Of a stretch of 64,000 bases of DNA, positions 13,991-29,400 are shown in pieces (position 1 is the first letter of the stretch; each line of letters starts with the position of its first letter). This DNA comes from Auanema rhodensis. Taxonomy: Eukaryota; Animalia; Nematoda. The notes under the pieces were generated by a model. The model was not told the DNA's origin. It was given only the letters and a program-made list of their open reading frames with translations, and ran no database searches. Position numbers and translations under genes: made by a program. The stretch is taken from the NCBI GenBank assembly GCA_964057225.1, contig OZ059895.1:21328001-21392000 (forward strand), read 5' to 3'.

Positions 13991-16900
13991 GATCATAACT
14001 AATTTTTGTATTAAGCGTTTCTCAATGTAGTATAGTGCATTCGATGCGGATTTTTGAGCTGCGTCGATCTGTGTTATCAGATTTGCGCTAGCTTGAAAAT
14101 GCACCGAGATATCAACTGATATAAGTTCACACTTATATCCTCGATTTTCACCCTGAAGAATTAATTTTTTCGTTGAATAACATTGTCCATCGTCTTTGCC
14201 TTGAAAAAAGGAATCTAAAAACATATACTTTTTGCTAAATTATTCTGAAATTTTTCGAAAAAATTTTTGTCAAAATGTTTTTGGAAGCAATGTTGAGTGT
14301 ACATGGAAACTCAACATACACTAATGCATCATTTTGCAAACGATCATAACTAATTTCTGTATTGAGCGTTTCTCAATGTAGTATAGTGCATTCGATGCGG
14401 ATTTTTAAGCTGCGTCGATCTGTGTTTTCAGATTTGCGCTAGCTTAAAAATGCACCGAGATATCAACTGATATAAGTTCACACTTACATCCTCGATTTTC
14501 ACCCTGAAGAATTAATTTTTCCGTTGAATAACATTGTCCATCGTCTTTGCCTTGAAAAAAAAATCTGAAAACATCTACTTTTTGCTAAATTATTTTGAAA
14601 TTTTTCGAAAAAATTTTTGTCAAAATGTTTTTGGAAGCAATGTTGAGTGTACATGGAAACTCAACATACACTAATGCATCATTTTGCAAACGATCATAAC
14701 TAATTTCTGTATTGAGCGTTTCTCAATGTAGTATAGTGCATTCGATGCGAATTTTTAAGCTGCGTCGATCTGTGTTATCAGATTTGCGCTAGCTTGTAAA
14801 TGCACCGAGATATCAACTGATATAAGTTCACACTTATATCCTCGATTTTCACCCTGAAGAATTAATTTTTTCGTTGAATAACATTGTCCATCGTCTTTGC
14901 CTTGAAAAAAGGAATCTAAAAACATCTACTTTTTGCTAAATTATTCTGAAATTTTTCGAAAAAATTTTTGTCAAAATGTTTTTGGAAGCAATGTTGAGTG
15001 TACATGGAAACTCAACATACACTAATGCATCATTTTGCAAACGATCATAACTAATTTCTGTATTGAGCGTTTCTCAATGTAGTATAGTGCATTCGATGCG
15101 GATTTTTAAGCTGCGTCGATCTGTGTTTTCAGATTTGCGCTAGCTTAAAAATGCACCGAGATATCAACTGATATAAGTTCACACTTACATCCTCGATTTT
15201 CACCCTGAAGAATTAATTTTTCCGTTGAATAACATTGTCCATCGTCTTTGCCTTGAAAAAAAAATCTGAAAACATCTACTTTTTGCTAAATTATTTTGAA
15301 ATTTTTCGAAAAAATTTTTGTCAAAATGTTTTTGGAAGCAATGTTGAGTGTACATGGAAACTCAACATACACTAATGCATCATTTTGCAAACGATCATAA
15401 CTAATTTCTGTATTGAGCGTTTCTCAATGTAGTATAGTGCATTCGATGCGGATTTTTAAGCTGCGTCGATCTGTGTTTTCAGATTTGCGCTAGCTTAAAA
15501 ATGCACCGAGATATCAACTTATATAAGTTCACACTTACATCCTCGATTTTCACCCTGAAGAATTAATTTTTCCGTTGAATAACATTGTCCATCGTCTTTG
15601 CCTTGAAAAAAAAAATCTGAAAACATCTACTTTTTGCTAAATTATTTTGAAATTTTTCGAAAAAATTTTTGTCAAAATGTTTTTGGAAGCAATGTTGAGT
15701 GTACATGGAAACTCAACATACACTAATGCATCATTTTTCAAACGATCATAACTAATTTTTGTATTGAGCGTTTCTCAATGTAGTATAGTGCATTCGATGC
15801 GGATTTTTAAGCTGCGTCGATCTGTGTTATCAGATTTGCGCTAGCTTAAAAATGCACCGAGATATCAACTGATATAAGTTCACACTTATATCCTCGATTT
15901 TCACCCTGAAGAATTAATTTTTTCGTTGAATAACAATGTCCATCGTCTTTGCCTTGAAAAAAAAAATCTGAAAACATCTACTTTTTGCTAAATTATTTTG
16001 AAATTTTTCGAAAAAATTTTTGTCAAAATGTTTTTGGAAGCAATGTTGAGTGTACATGGAAACTCAACATACACTAATGCATCATTTTTCAAACGATTAT
16101 AACTAATTTTTGTATTGAGCGTTTCTCAATGTAGTATAGTGCATTCGATGCGGATTTTTAAGCTGCGTCGATCTGTGTTATCAGATTTGCGCTAGCTTAA
16201 AAATGCACCAAGATATCAACTGATATAAGTTCACACTTATATCCTCGATTTTCACCCTGAAGAATTAATTTTTTCGTTGAATAACATTGTCCATCGTCTT
16301 TGCCTTGAAAAAAAAATCTGAAAACATCTACTTTTTGCTAAATTATTTTGAAATTTTTCGAAAAAATTTTTGTCAAAATGTTTTTGGAAGCAATGTTGAG
16401 TGTACATGGAAACTCAACATACACTAATGCATCATTTTGCAAACGATCATAACTAATTTCTGTATTGAGCGTTTTTCAATGTAGTATAGTGCATTCGATG
16501 CGGATTTTTAAGCTGCGTCGATCTGTGTTTTCAGATTTGCGCTAGCTTAAAAATGCACCGAGATATCAACCGATATAAGTTCACACTTACATCCTCGATT
16601 TTCACCCTGAAGAATTAATTTTTCCGTTGAATAACATTGTCCATCGTCTTTGCCTTGAAAAAAAAAATCTGAAAACATCTACTTTTTGCTAAATTATTTT
16701 GAAATTTTTCGAAAAAATTTTTGTCAAAATGTTTTTGGAAGCAATGTTGAGTGTACATGGAAACTCAACATACACTAATGCATCATTTTGCAAACGATCA
16801 TAACTAATTTCTGTATTGAGCGTTTCTCAATGTAGTATAGTGCATTCGATGCGGATTTTTAAGCTGCGTCGATCTGTGTTTTCAGATTTGCGCTAGCTTA

Positions 16901-18179
16901 AAAATGCACCGAGATATCAACTGATATAAGTTCACACTTACATCCTCGATTTTCACCCTGAAGAATTAATTTTTCCGTTGAATAACATTGTCCATCGTCT
17001 TTGCCTTGAAAAAAAAAATCTGAAAACATCTACTTTTTGCTAAATTATTTTGAAATTTTTCGAAAAAATTTTTGTCAAAATGTTTTTGGAAGCAATGTTG
17101 AGTGTACATGGAAACTCAACATACACTAATGCATCATTTTGCAAACGATCATAACTAATTTCTGTATTGAGCGTTTCTCAATGTAGTATAGTGCATTCGA
17201 TGCGGATTTTTAAGCTGCGTCGATCTGTGTTTTCAGATTTGCGCTAGCTTAAAAATGCACCGAGATATCAACTGATATAAGTTCACACTTACATCCTCGA
17301 TTTTCACCCTGAAGAATTAATTTTTCCGTTGAATAACATTGTCCATCGTCTTTGCCTTGAAAAAAAAAATCTGAAAACATCTACTTTTTGTTAAATTATT
17401 TTGAAATTTTTGTCAAAATGTTTTTGGAAGCAATGTTGAGTGTACATGGAAACTCAACATACACTAATGCATCATTTTGCAAACGATCATAACTAATTTC
17501 TGTATTGAGCGTTTCTCAATGTAGTATAGTGCATTCGATGCGGATTTTTAAGCTGCGTCGATCTGTGTTTTCAGATTTGCGCTAGCTTAAAAATGCACCG
17601 AGATATCAACTGATATAAGTTCACACTTACATCCTCGATTTTCACCCTGAAGAATTAATTTTTCCGTTGAATAACATTGTCCATCGTCTTTGCCTTGAAA
17701 AAAAAAATCTGAAAACATCTACTTTTTGCTAAATTATTTTGAAATTTTTCGAAAAAATTTTTGTCAAAATGTTTTTGGAAGCAATGTTGAGTGTACATGG
17801 AAACTCAACATACACTAATGCATCATTTTTCAAACGATCATAACTAATTTTTGTATTGAGCGTTTCTCAATGTAGTATAGTGCATTCGATGCGGATTTTT
17901 AAGCTGCGTCGATCTGTGTTATCAGATTTGCGCTAGCTTAAAAATGCACCAAGATATCAACTGATATAAGTTCACACTTATATCCTCGATTTTCACCCTG
18001 AAGAATTAATTTTTTCGTTGAATAACATTGTCCATCGTCTTTGCCTTGAAAAAAAAAATCTGAAAACATCTACTTTTTGCTTAATTATTTTGAAATTTTT
18101 CGAAAAAATTTTTGTCAAAATGTTTTTGGAAGCAATGTTGAGTGTACATGGAAACTCAACATACACTAATGCATCATTT

Positions 18180-21100
18180 TTCAAACGATCATAACTAATT
18201 TTTGTATCAAGCGTTTCTCAATGTAGTATAGTGCATTCGATGCGGATTTTTAAGCTGCGTCGATCTGTGTTTTCAGATTTGCGCTAGCTTAAAAATGCAC
18301 CGAGATATCAACTGATATAAGTTCACACTTACATCCTCGATTTTCACCCTGAAGAATTAATTTTTCCGTTGAATAACATTGTCCATCGTCTTTGCCTTGA
18401 AAAAAAAATCTGAAAACATCTACTTTTTGCTAAATTATTTTGAAATTTTTCGAAAAAATTTTTGTCAAAATGTTTTTGGAAGCAATGTTGAAAGTACATG
18501 GAAACTCAACATACACTAATGCATCATTTTGCAAACGATCATAACTAATTTCTGTATTGAGCGTTTCTCAATGTAGTATAGTGCATTCGATGCGGATTTT
18601 TAAGCTGCGTCGATCTGTGTTATCAGATTTGCGCTAACTTAAAAATGCACCAAGATATCAACTGATATAAGTTCACACTTATATCCTCGATTTTCACCCT
18701 GAAGAATTAATTTTTTCGTTGAATAACATTGTCCATCGTCTTTGCCTTGATAAAAGGAATCTAAAAACATCTACTTTTTGCTAAATTATTTTGAAATTTT
18801 TTGAAAAAATTTTTGTCAAAATGTTTTTGGAAGCAATGTTGAGTGTACATGGAAACTCAACATACACTAATGCATCATTTTTCAAACGATCATAACTAAT
18901 TTATGAATTAAGCGTTTCTCAATGTAGTATAGTGCATTCGATGCGGATTTTTAAGCTGCGTCGATCTGTGTTATCAGATTTGCGCTAGCTTAAAAATGCA
19001 CCGAGATATCAACTGATATAAGTTCACACTTATATCCTCGATTTTCACCCTGAAGAATTAATTTTTTCGTTGAATGACATTGTCCATCGTCTTTGCCTTG
19101 AGAAAAGGAATCTAAAAACATATACTTTTTGCTAAATTATTCTGAAATTTTTCGAAAAAATTTTTGTCAAAATGTTTTTGGAAGCAATGTTGAGTGTACA
19201 TGGAAACTCAACATACACTAATGCATCATTTTGCAAACGATCATAACTAATTTCTGTATTGAGCGTTTCTCAATGTAGTATAGTGCATTCGATGCGGATT
19301 TTTAAGCTGCGTCGATCTGTGTTTTCAGATTTGCGCTAGCTTAAAAATGCACCGAGATATCAACTGATATAAGTTCACACTTACATCCTCGATTTTCACC
19401 CTGAAGAATTAATTTTTCCGTTGAATAACATTGTCCATCGTCTTTGCCTTGAAAAAAAAAATCTGAAAACATCTACTTTTTGCTAAATTATTTTGAAATT
19501 TTTCGAAAAAATTTTTGTCAAAATGTTTTTGGAAGCAATGTTGAGTGTACATGGAAACTCAACATACACTAATGCATCATTTTGCAAACGATCATAACTA
19601 ATTTCTGTATTGAGCGTTTCTCAATGTAGTATAGTGCATTCGATGCGGATTTTTAAGCTGCGTCGATCTGTGTTTTCAGATTTGCGCTAGCTTAAAAATG
19701 CACCGAGATATCAACTGATATAAGTTCACACTTACATCCTCGATTTTCACCCTGAAGAATTAATTTTTCCGTTGAATAACATTGTCCATCGTCTTTGCCT
19801 TGAAAAAAAAAATCTGAAAACATCTACTTTTTGCTAAATTATTTTGAAATTTTTGTCAAAATGTTTTTGGAAGCAATGTTGAGTGTACATGGAAACTCAA
19901 CATACACTAATGCATCATTTTTCAAACGATCATAACTAATTTTTGTATCAAGCGTTTCTCAATGTAGTATAGTGCATTCGATGCGGATTTTTAAGCTGCG
20001 TCGATCTGTGTTTTCAGATTTGCGCTAGCTTAAAAATGCACCGAGATATCAACTGATATAAGTTCACACTTACATCCTCGATTTTCACCCTGAAGAATTA
20101 ATTTTTCCGTTGAATAACATTGTCCATCGTCTTTGCCTTGAAAAAAAAATCTGAAAACATCTACTTTTTGCTAAATTATTTTGAAATTTTTCGAAAAAAT
20201 TTTTGTCAAAATGTTTTTGGAAGCAATGTTGAAAGTACATGGAAACTCAACATACACTAATGCATCATTTTGCAAACGATCATAACTAATTTCTGTATTG
20301 AGCGTTTCTCAATGTAGTATAGTGCATTCGATGCGGATTTTTAAGCTGCGTCGATCTGTGTTATCAGATTTGCGCTAACTTAAAAATGCACCAAGATATC
20401 AACTGATATAAGTTCACACTTATATCCTCGATTTTCACCCTGAAGAATTAATTTTTTCGTTGAATAACATTGTCCATCGTCTTTGCCTTGATAAAAGGAA
20501 TCTAAAAACATCTACTTTTTGCTAAATTATTTTGAAATTTTTTGAAAAAATTTTTGTCAAAATGTTTTTGGAAGCAATGTTGAGTGTACATGGAAACTCA
20601 ACATACACTAATGCATCATTTTTCAAACGATCATAACTAATTTATGAATTAAGCGTTTCTCAATGTAGTATAGTGCATTCGATGCGGATTTTTAAGCTGC
20701 GTCGATCTGTGTTATCAGATTTGCGCTAGCTTAAAAATGCACCGAGATATCAACTGATATAAGTTCACACTTATATCCTCGATTTTCACCCTGAAGAATT
20801 AATTTTTTCGTTGAATGACATTGTCCATCGTCTTTGCCTTGAGAAAAGGAATCTAAAAACATATACTTTTTGCTAAATTATTCTGAAATTTTTCGAAAAA
20901 ATTTTTGTCAAAATGTTTTTGGAAGCAATGTTGAGTGTACATGGAAACTCAACATACACTAATGCATCATTTTGCAAACGATCATAACTAATTTCTGTAT
21001 TGAGCGTTTCTCAATGTAGTATAGTGCATTCGATGCGGATTTTTAAGCTGCGTCGATCTGTGTTTTCAGATTTGCGCTAGCTTAAAAATGCACCGAGATA

Positions 21101-21660
21101 TCAACTGATATAAGTTCACACTTACATCCTCGATTTTCACCCTGAAGAATTAATTTTTCCGTTGAATAACATTGTCCATCGTCTTTGCCTTGAAAAAAAA
21201 AATCTGAAAACATCTACTTTTTGCTAAATTATTTTGAAATTTTTCGAAAAAATTTTTGTCAAAATGTTTTTGGAAGCAATGTTGAGTGTACATGGAAACT
21301 CAACATACACTAATGCATCATTTTGCAAACGATCATAACTAATTTCTGTATTGAGCGTTTCTCAATGTAGTATAGTGCATTCGATGCGGATTTTTAAGCT
21401 GCGTCGATCTGTGTTTTCAGATTTGCGCTAGCTTAAAAATGCACCGAGATATCAACTGATATAAGTTCACACTTACATCCTCGATTTTCACCCTGAAGAA
21501 TTAATTTTTCCGTTGAATAACATTGTCCATCGTCTTTGCCTTGAAAAAAAAAATCTGAAAACATCTACTTTTTGCTAAATTATTTTGAAATTTTTGTCAA
21601 AATGTTTTTGGAAGCAATGTTGAGTGTACATGGAAACTCAACATACACTAATGCATCATT
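18180..21660. repeat. Tandem duplication of a 5-monomer block (1741 bp)
   Basis: Private markers GTATCAAG, GTTGAAAGTAC (18491/20232), GCTAACTT, TGATAAAAGG, TTATGAATT, GAATGAC and the 13-bp deletion all recur ~1741 bp apart (350+3x351+338). A third partial copy lies at ~24.9-25.9 kb. Confidence 0.88.
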
Positions 21661-23400
21661 TTGCGAACGATCATAACTAATTTCTGTATTGAGCGTTTCT
21701 CAATGTAGTAAAGTGCATTCGATGCGGATTTTTAAGCTGCGTCGATCTGTGTTTTCAGATTTGCGCTAGCTTAAAAATGCACCGAGATATCAACTGATAT
21801 AAGTTCACACTTACATCCTCGATTTTCACCCTGAAGAATTAATTTTTCCGTTGAATAACATTGTCCATCGTCTTTGCCTTGAAAAAAAAATCTGAAAACA
21901 TCTACTTTTTGCTAAATTATTTTGAAATTTTTCGAAAAAATTTTTGTCAAAATGTTTTTGGAAGCAATGTTGAGTGTACATGGAAACTCAACATACACTA
22001 ATGCATCATTTTTCAAACGATCATAACTAATTTTTGTATTAAGCGTTTCTCAATGTAGTATAGTGCATTCGATGCGGATTTTTAAGCTGCGTCGATCTGT
22101 GTTATCAGATTTGCGCTAGCTTAAAAATGCACCGAGATATCAACTGATATAAGTTCACACTTATATCCTCGATTTTCACCCTGAAGAATTAATTTTTTCG
22201 TTGAATAACAATGTCCATCGTCTTTGCCTTGAAAAAAAAAATCTGAAAACATCTACTTTTTGCTAAATTATTTTGAAATTTTTCGAAAAAATTTTTGTCA
22301 AAATGTTTTTGGAAGCAATGTTGAGTGTACATGGAAACTCAACATACACTAATGCATCATTTTTCAAACGATCATAACTAATTTTTGTATTGAGCGTTTC
22401 TCAATGTAGTATAGTGCATTCGATGCGGATTTTTAAGCTGCGTCGATCTGTGTTTTCAGATTTGCGCTAGCTTAAAAATGCACCGAGATATCAACTGATA
22501 TAAGTTCACACTTACATCCTCGATTTTCACCCTGAAGAATTAATTTTTCCGTTGAATAACATTGTCCATCGTCTTTGCCTTGAAAAAAAAAATCTGAAAA
22601 CATCTACTTTTTGCTAAATTATTTTGAAATTTTTGTCAAAATGTTTTTGGAAGCAATGTTGAGTGTACATGGAAACTCAACATACACTAATGCATCATTT
22701 TGCGAACGATCATAACTAATTTCTGTATTGAGCGTTTCTCAATGTAGTAAAGTGCATTCGATGCGGATTTTTAAGCTGCGTCGATCTGTGTTTTCAGATT
22801 TGCGCTAGCTTAAAAATGCACCGAGATATCAACTGATATAAGTTCACACTTACATCCTCGATTTTCACCCTGAAGAATTAATTTTTCCGTTGAATAACAT
22901 TGTCCATCGTCTTTGCCTTGAAAAAAAAATCTGAAAACATCTACTTTTTGCTAAATTATTTTGAAATTTTTCGAAAAAATTTTTGTCAAAATGTTTTTGG
23001 AAGCAATGTTGAGTGTACATGGAAACTCAACATACACTAATGCATCATTTTTCAAACGATCATAACTAATTTTTGTATTAAGCGTTTCTCAATGTAGTAT
23101 AGTGCATTCGATGCGGATTTTTAAGCTGCGTCGATCTGTGTTATCAGATTTGCGCTAGCTTAAAAATGCACCGAGATATCAACTGATATAAGTTCACACT
23201 TATATCCTCGATTTTCACCCTGAAGAATTAATTTTTTCGTTGAATAACAATGTCCATCGTCTTTGCCTTGAAAAAAAAAATCTGAAAACATCTACTTTTT
23301 GCTAAATTATTTTGAAATTTTTCGAAAAAATTTTTGTCAAAATGTTTTTGGAAGCAATGTTGAGTGTACATGGAAACTCAACATACACTAATGCATCATT
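21320..23400. repeat. Tandem duplication of a 3-monomer block (1039 bp)
   Basis: TGCGAACG at 21662 and 22701, TAGTAAAGTG and the 13-bp deletion all repeat 1039 bp apart (350+351+338). Confidence 0.85.
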
Positions 23401-26400
23401 TTTCAAACGATCATAACTAATTTTTGTATTGAGCGTTTCTCAATGTAGTATAGTGCATTCGATGCGGATTTTTAAGCTGCGTCGATCTGTGTTATCAGAT
23501 TTGCGCTAGCTTAAAAATGCACCAAGATATCAACTGATATAAGTTCACACTTATATCCTCGATTTTCACCCTGAAGAATTAATTTTTTCGTTGAATAACA
23601 TTGTCCATCGTCTTTGCCTTGAAAAAAAAAATCTGAAAACATCTACTTTTTGCTTAATTATTTTGAAATTTTTCGAAAAAATTTTTGTCAAAATGTTTTT
23701 GGAAGCAATGTTGAGTGTACATGGAAACTCAACATACACTAATGCATCATTTTTCAAACGATCATAACTAATTTTTGTATCAAGCGTTTCTCAATGTAGT
23801 ATAGTGCATTCGATGCGGATTTTTAAGCTGCGTCGATCTGTGTTATCAGATTTGCGCTAGCTTAAAAATGCACCGAGATATCAACTGATATAAGTTCACA
23901 CTTATATCCTCGATTTTCACCCTGAAGAATTAATTTTTTCGTTGAATAACAATGTCCATCGTCTTTGCCTTGAAAAAAGGAATCTAAAAACATATACTTT
24001 TTGCTAAATTATTTTGAAATTTTTCGAAAAAATTTTTGTCAAAATGTTTTTGGAAGCAATGTTGAGTGTACATGGAAACTCAACATACACTAATGCATCA
24101 TTTTGCAAACGATCATAACTAATTTCTGTATTGAGCGTTTCTCAATGTAGTATAGTGCATTCGATGCGGATTTTTAAGCTGCGTCGATCTGTGTTTTCAG
24201 ATTTGCGCTAGCTTAAAAATGCACCGAGATATCAACTGATATAAGTTCACACTTATATCCTCGATTTTCACCCTGAAGAATTAATTTTTTCGTTGAATAA
24301 CATTGTCCATCGTCTTTGCCTTGAAAAAAGGAATCTAAAAACATCTACTTTTTGCTAAATTATTTTGAAATTTTTCGAAAAAATTTTTGTCAAAATGTTT
24401 TTGGAAGCAATGTTGAGTGTACATGGAAACTCAACATACACTAATGCATCATTTTGCAAACGATCATAACTAATTTTTGTATTGAGCGTTTCTCAATGTA
24501 GTATAGTGCATTCGATGCGGATTTTTAAGCTGCGTCGATCTGTGTTATCAGATTTGCGCTAGCTTAAAAATGCACCGAGATATCAACTGATATAAGTTCA
24601 CACTTATATCCTCGATTTTCACCCTGAAGAATTAATTTTTTCATTGAATAACATTGTCCATCGTCTTTGCCATGAAAAAAGGAATCTAAAAACATCTACT
24701 TTTTGCTAAATTATTTTGAAATTTTTCGAAAAAATTTTTGTCAAAATGTTTTTGGAAGCAATGTTGAAAGTACATGGAAACTCAACATACACTAATGCAT
24801 CATTTTTCAAACGATCATAACTAATTTATGAATTAAGCGTTTCTCAATGTAGTATAGTGCATTCGATGCGGATTTTTAAGCTGCGTCGATCTGTGTTATC
24901 AGATTTGCGCTAGCTTAAAAATGCACCGAGATATCAACTGATATAAGTTCACACTTACATCCTCGATTTTCACCCTGAAGAATTAATTTTTCCGTTGAAT
25001 AACATTGTCCATCGTCTTTGCCTTGAAAAAAAAATCTGAAAACATCTACTTTTTGCTAAATTATTTTGAAATTTTTCGAAAAAATTTTTGTCAAAATGTT
25101 TTTGGAAGCAATGTTGAAAGTACATGGAAACTCAACATACACTAATGCATCATTTTGCAAACGATCATAACTAATTTCTGTGTTGAGCGTTTCTCAATGT
25201 AGTATAGTGCATTCGATGCGGATTTTTGAGCTGCGTCGATCTGTGTTATCAGATTTGCGCTAGCTTAAAAATGCACCAAGATATCAACTGATATAAGTTC
25301 ACACTTATATCCTCGATTTTCACCCTGAAGAATTAATTTTTTCGTTGAATAACATTGTCCATCGTCTTTGCCTTGATAAAAGGAATCTAAAAACATCTAC
25401 TTTTTGCTAAATTATTTTGAAATTTTTTGAAAAAATTTTTGTCAAAATGTTTTTGGAAGCAATGTTGAGTGTACATGGAAACTCAACATACACTAATGCA
25501 TCATTTTTCAAACGATCATAACTAATTTATGAATTAAGCGTTTCTCAATGTAGTATAGTGCATTCGATGCGGATTTTTAAGCTGCGTCGATCTGTGTTAT
25601 CAGATTTGCGCTAGCTTAAAAATGCACCGAGATATCAACTGATATAAGTTCACACTTATATCCTCGATTTTCACCCTGAAGAATTAATTTTTTCGTTGAA
25701 TGACATTGTCCATCGTCTTTGCCTTGAGAAAAGGAATCTAAAAACATATACTTTTTGCTAAATTATTCTGAAATTTTTCGAAAAAATTTTTGTCAAAATG
25801 TTTTTGGAAGCAATGTTGAGTGTACATGGAAACTCAACATACACTAATGCATCATTTTGCAAACGATCATAACTAATTTCTGTATTGAGCGTTTCTCAAT
25901 GTAGTATAGTGCATTCGATGCGGATTTTTAAGCTGCGTCGATCTGTGTTTTCAGATTTGCGCTAGCTTAAAAATGCACCGAGATATCAACTGATATAAGT
26001 TCACACTTACATCCTCGATTTTCACCCTGAAGAATTAATTTTTCCGTTGAATAACATTGTCCATCGTCTTTGCCTTGAAAAAAAAAATCTGAAAACATCT
26101 ACTTTTTGCTAAATTATTTTGAAATTTTTCGAAAAAATTTTTGTCAAAATGTTTTTGGAAGCAATGTTGAGTGTACATGGAAACTCAACATACACTAATG
26201 CATCATTTTGCTAACGATCATAACTAATTTTTGTATTGAGCGTTTTTCAATGTAGTATAGTGCATTCGATGCGGATTTTTAAGCTGCGTCGATCTGTGTT
26301 TTCAGATTTGCGCTAGCTTAAAAATGCACCGAGATATCAACTGATATAAGTTCACACTTACATCCTCGATTTTCACCCTGAAGAATTAATTTTTCCGTTG

Positions 26401-29400
26401 AATAACATTGTCCATCGTCTTTGCCTTGAAAAAAAAAATCTGAAAACATCTACTTTTTGCTAAATTATTTTGAAATTTTTCGAAAAAATTTTTGTCAAAA
26501 TGTTTTTGGAAGCAATGTTGAGTGTACATGGAAACTCAACATACACTAATGCATCATTTTGCAAACGATCATAACTAATTTCTGTATTGAGCGTTTCTCA
26601 ATGTAGTATAGTGCATTCGATGCGGATTTTTAAGCTGCGTCGATCTGTGTTTTCAGATTTGCGCTAGCTTAAAAATGCACCGAGATATCAACTGATATAA
26701 GTTCACACTTACATCCTCGATTTTCACCCTGAAGAATTAATTTTTCCGTTGAATAACATTGTCCATCGTCTTTGCCTTGAAAAAAAAAATCTGAAAACAT
26801 CTACTTTTTGCTAAATTATTTTGAAATTTTTCGAAAAAATTTTTGTCAAAATGTTTTTGGAAGCAATGTTGAGTGTACATGGAAACTCAACATACACTAA
26901 TGCATCATTTTTCAAACGATCATAACTAATTTTTGTATTGAGCGTTTCTCAATGAAGTATAGTGCATTCGATGCGGATTTTTAAGCTGCGTCTATCTGTG
27001 TTATCAGATTTGCGCTAGCTTAAAAATGCACCGAGATATCAACTGATATAAGTTCACACTTATATCCTCGATTTTCACCCTGAAGAATTAATTTTTTCGT
27101 TGAATAACAATGTCCATCGTCTTTGCCTTGAAAAAAAAAATCTGAAAACATCTACTTTTTGCTAAATTATTTTGAAATTTTTCGAAAAAATTTTTGTTAA
27201 AATGTTTTTGGAAGCAATGTTGAGTGTACATGGAAACTCAACATACACTAATGCATCATTTTTCAAACGATCATAACTAATTTTTGTATTGAGCGTTTCT
27301 CAATGTAGTATAGTGCATTCGATGCGGATTTTTAAGCTGCGTCGATCTGGGTTATCAGATTTGCGCTAGCTTAAAAATGCACCGAGATATCAACTGATAT
27401 AAGTTCACACTTACATCCTCGATTTTCACCCTGAAGAATTAATTTTTCCGTTGAATAACATTGTCCATCGTCTTTGCCTTGAAAAAAAAAATCTGAAAAC
27501 ATCTACTTTTTGCTAAATTATTTTGAAATTTTTCGAAAAAATTTTTGTCAAAATGTTTTTGGAAGCAATGTTGAGTGTACATGGAAACTCAACATACACT
27601 AATGCATCATTTTGCAAACGATCATAACTAATTTCTGTATTGAGCGTTTCTCAATGTAGTATAGTGCATTCGATGCGGATTTTTAAGCTGCGTCGATCTG
27701 TGTTTTCAGATTTGCGCTAGCTTAAAAATGCACCGAGATATCAACTGATATAAGTTCACACTTACATCCTCGATTTTCACCCTGAAGAATTAATTTTTCC
27801 GTTGAATAACATTGTCCATCGTCTTTGCCTTGAAAAAAAAAATCTGAAAACATCTACTTTTTGCTAAATTATTTTGAAATTTTTCGAAAAAATTTTTGTC
27901 AAAATGTTTTTGGAAGCAATGTTGAGTGTACATGGAAACTCAACATACACTAATGCATCATTTTTCAAACGATCATAACTAATTTTTGTATTGAGCGTTT
28001 CTCAATGAAGTATAGTGCATTCGATGCGGATTTTTAAGCTGCGTCGATCTGTGTTATCAGATTTGCGCTAGCTTAAAAATGCACCGAGATATCAACTGAT
28101 ATAAGTTCACACTTATATCCTCGATTTTCACCCTGAAGAATTAATTTTTTCGTTGAATAACAATGTCCATCGTCTTTGCCTTGAAAAAAAAAATCTGAAA
28201 ACATCTACTTTTTGCTAAATTATTTTGAAATTTTTCGAAAAAATTTTTGTTAAAATGTTTTTGGAAGCAATGTTGAGTGTACATGGAAACTCAACATACA
28301 CTAATGCATCATTTTTCAAACGATCATAACTAATTTTTGTATTGAGCGTTTCTCAATGTAGTATAGTGCATTCGATGCGGATTTTTAAGCTGCGTCGATC
28401 TGGGTTATCAGATTTGCGCTAGCTTAAAAATGCACCAAGATATCAACTGATATAAGTTCACACTTATATCCTCGATTTTCACCCTGAAGAATTAATTTTT
28501 TCGTTGAATAACATTGTCCATCGTCTTTGCCTTGAAAAAAAAAATCTGAAAACATCTACTTTTTGCTAAATTATTTTGAAATTTTTCGAAAAAATTTTTG
28601 TCAAAATGTTTTTGGAAGCAATGTTGAGTGTACATGGAAACTCAACATACACTAATGCATCATTTTGCAAACGATCATAACTAATTTCTGTACTGAGCGT
28701 TTCTCAATGTAGTATAGTGCATTCGATGCGGATTTTTAAGCTGCGTCGATCTGTGTTTTCAGATTTGCGCTAGCTTAAAAATGCACCGAGATATCAACTG
28801 ATATAAGTTCACACTTACATCCTCGATTTTCACCCTGAAGAATTAATTTTTCCGTTGAATAACATTGTCCATCGTCTTTGCCTTGAAAAAAAAAATCTGA
28901 AAACATCTACTTTTTGCTAAATTATTTTGAAATTTTTCGAAAAAATTTTTGTCAAAATGTTTTTGGAAGCAATGTTGAGTGTACATGGAAACTCAACATA
29001 CACTAATGCATCATTTTGCAAACGATCATAACTAATTTCTGTATTGAGCGTTTTTCAATGTAGTATAGTGCATTCGATGCGGATTTTTAAGCTGCGTCGA
29101 TCTGTGTTTTCAGATTTGCGCTAGCTTAAAAATGCACCGAGATATCAACTGATATAAGTTCACACTTACATCCTCGATTTTCACCCTGAAGAATTAATTT
29201 TTCCGTTGAATAACATTGTCCATCGTCTTTGCCTTGAAAAAAAAAATCTGAAAACATCTACTTTTTGCTAAATTATTTTGAAATTTTTCGAAAAAATTTT
29301 TGTCAAAATGTTTTTGGAAGCAATGTTGAGTGTACATGGAAACTCAACATACACTAATGCATCATTTTGCAAACGATCATAACTAATTTCTGTATTGAGC

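Noticed and set aside
13985-14224. 79-aa minus-strand ORF
   Set aside because: It lies within one satellite monomer and is open only because of local point variants. It has no recognisable domain and is closed in most copies.
17993-23757. Two identical 63-aa ORFs (17993-18184, 23566-23757)
   Set aside because: Both come from the same GCTAAATT>GCTTAATT variant in duplicated monomers 16 units apart. They are duplication markers, not genes.
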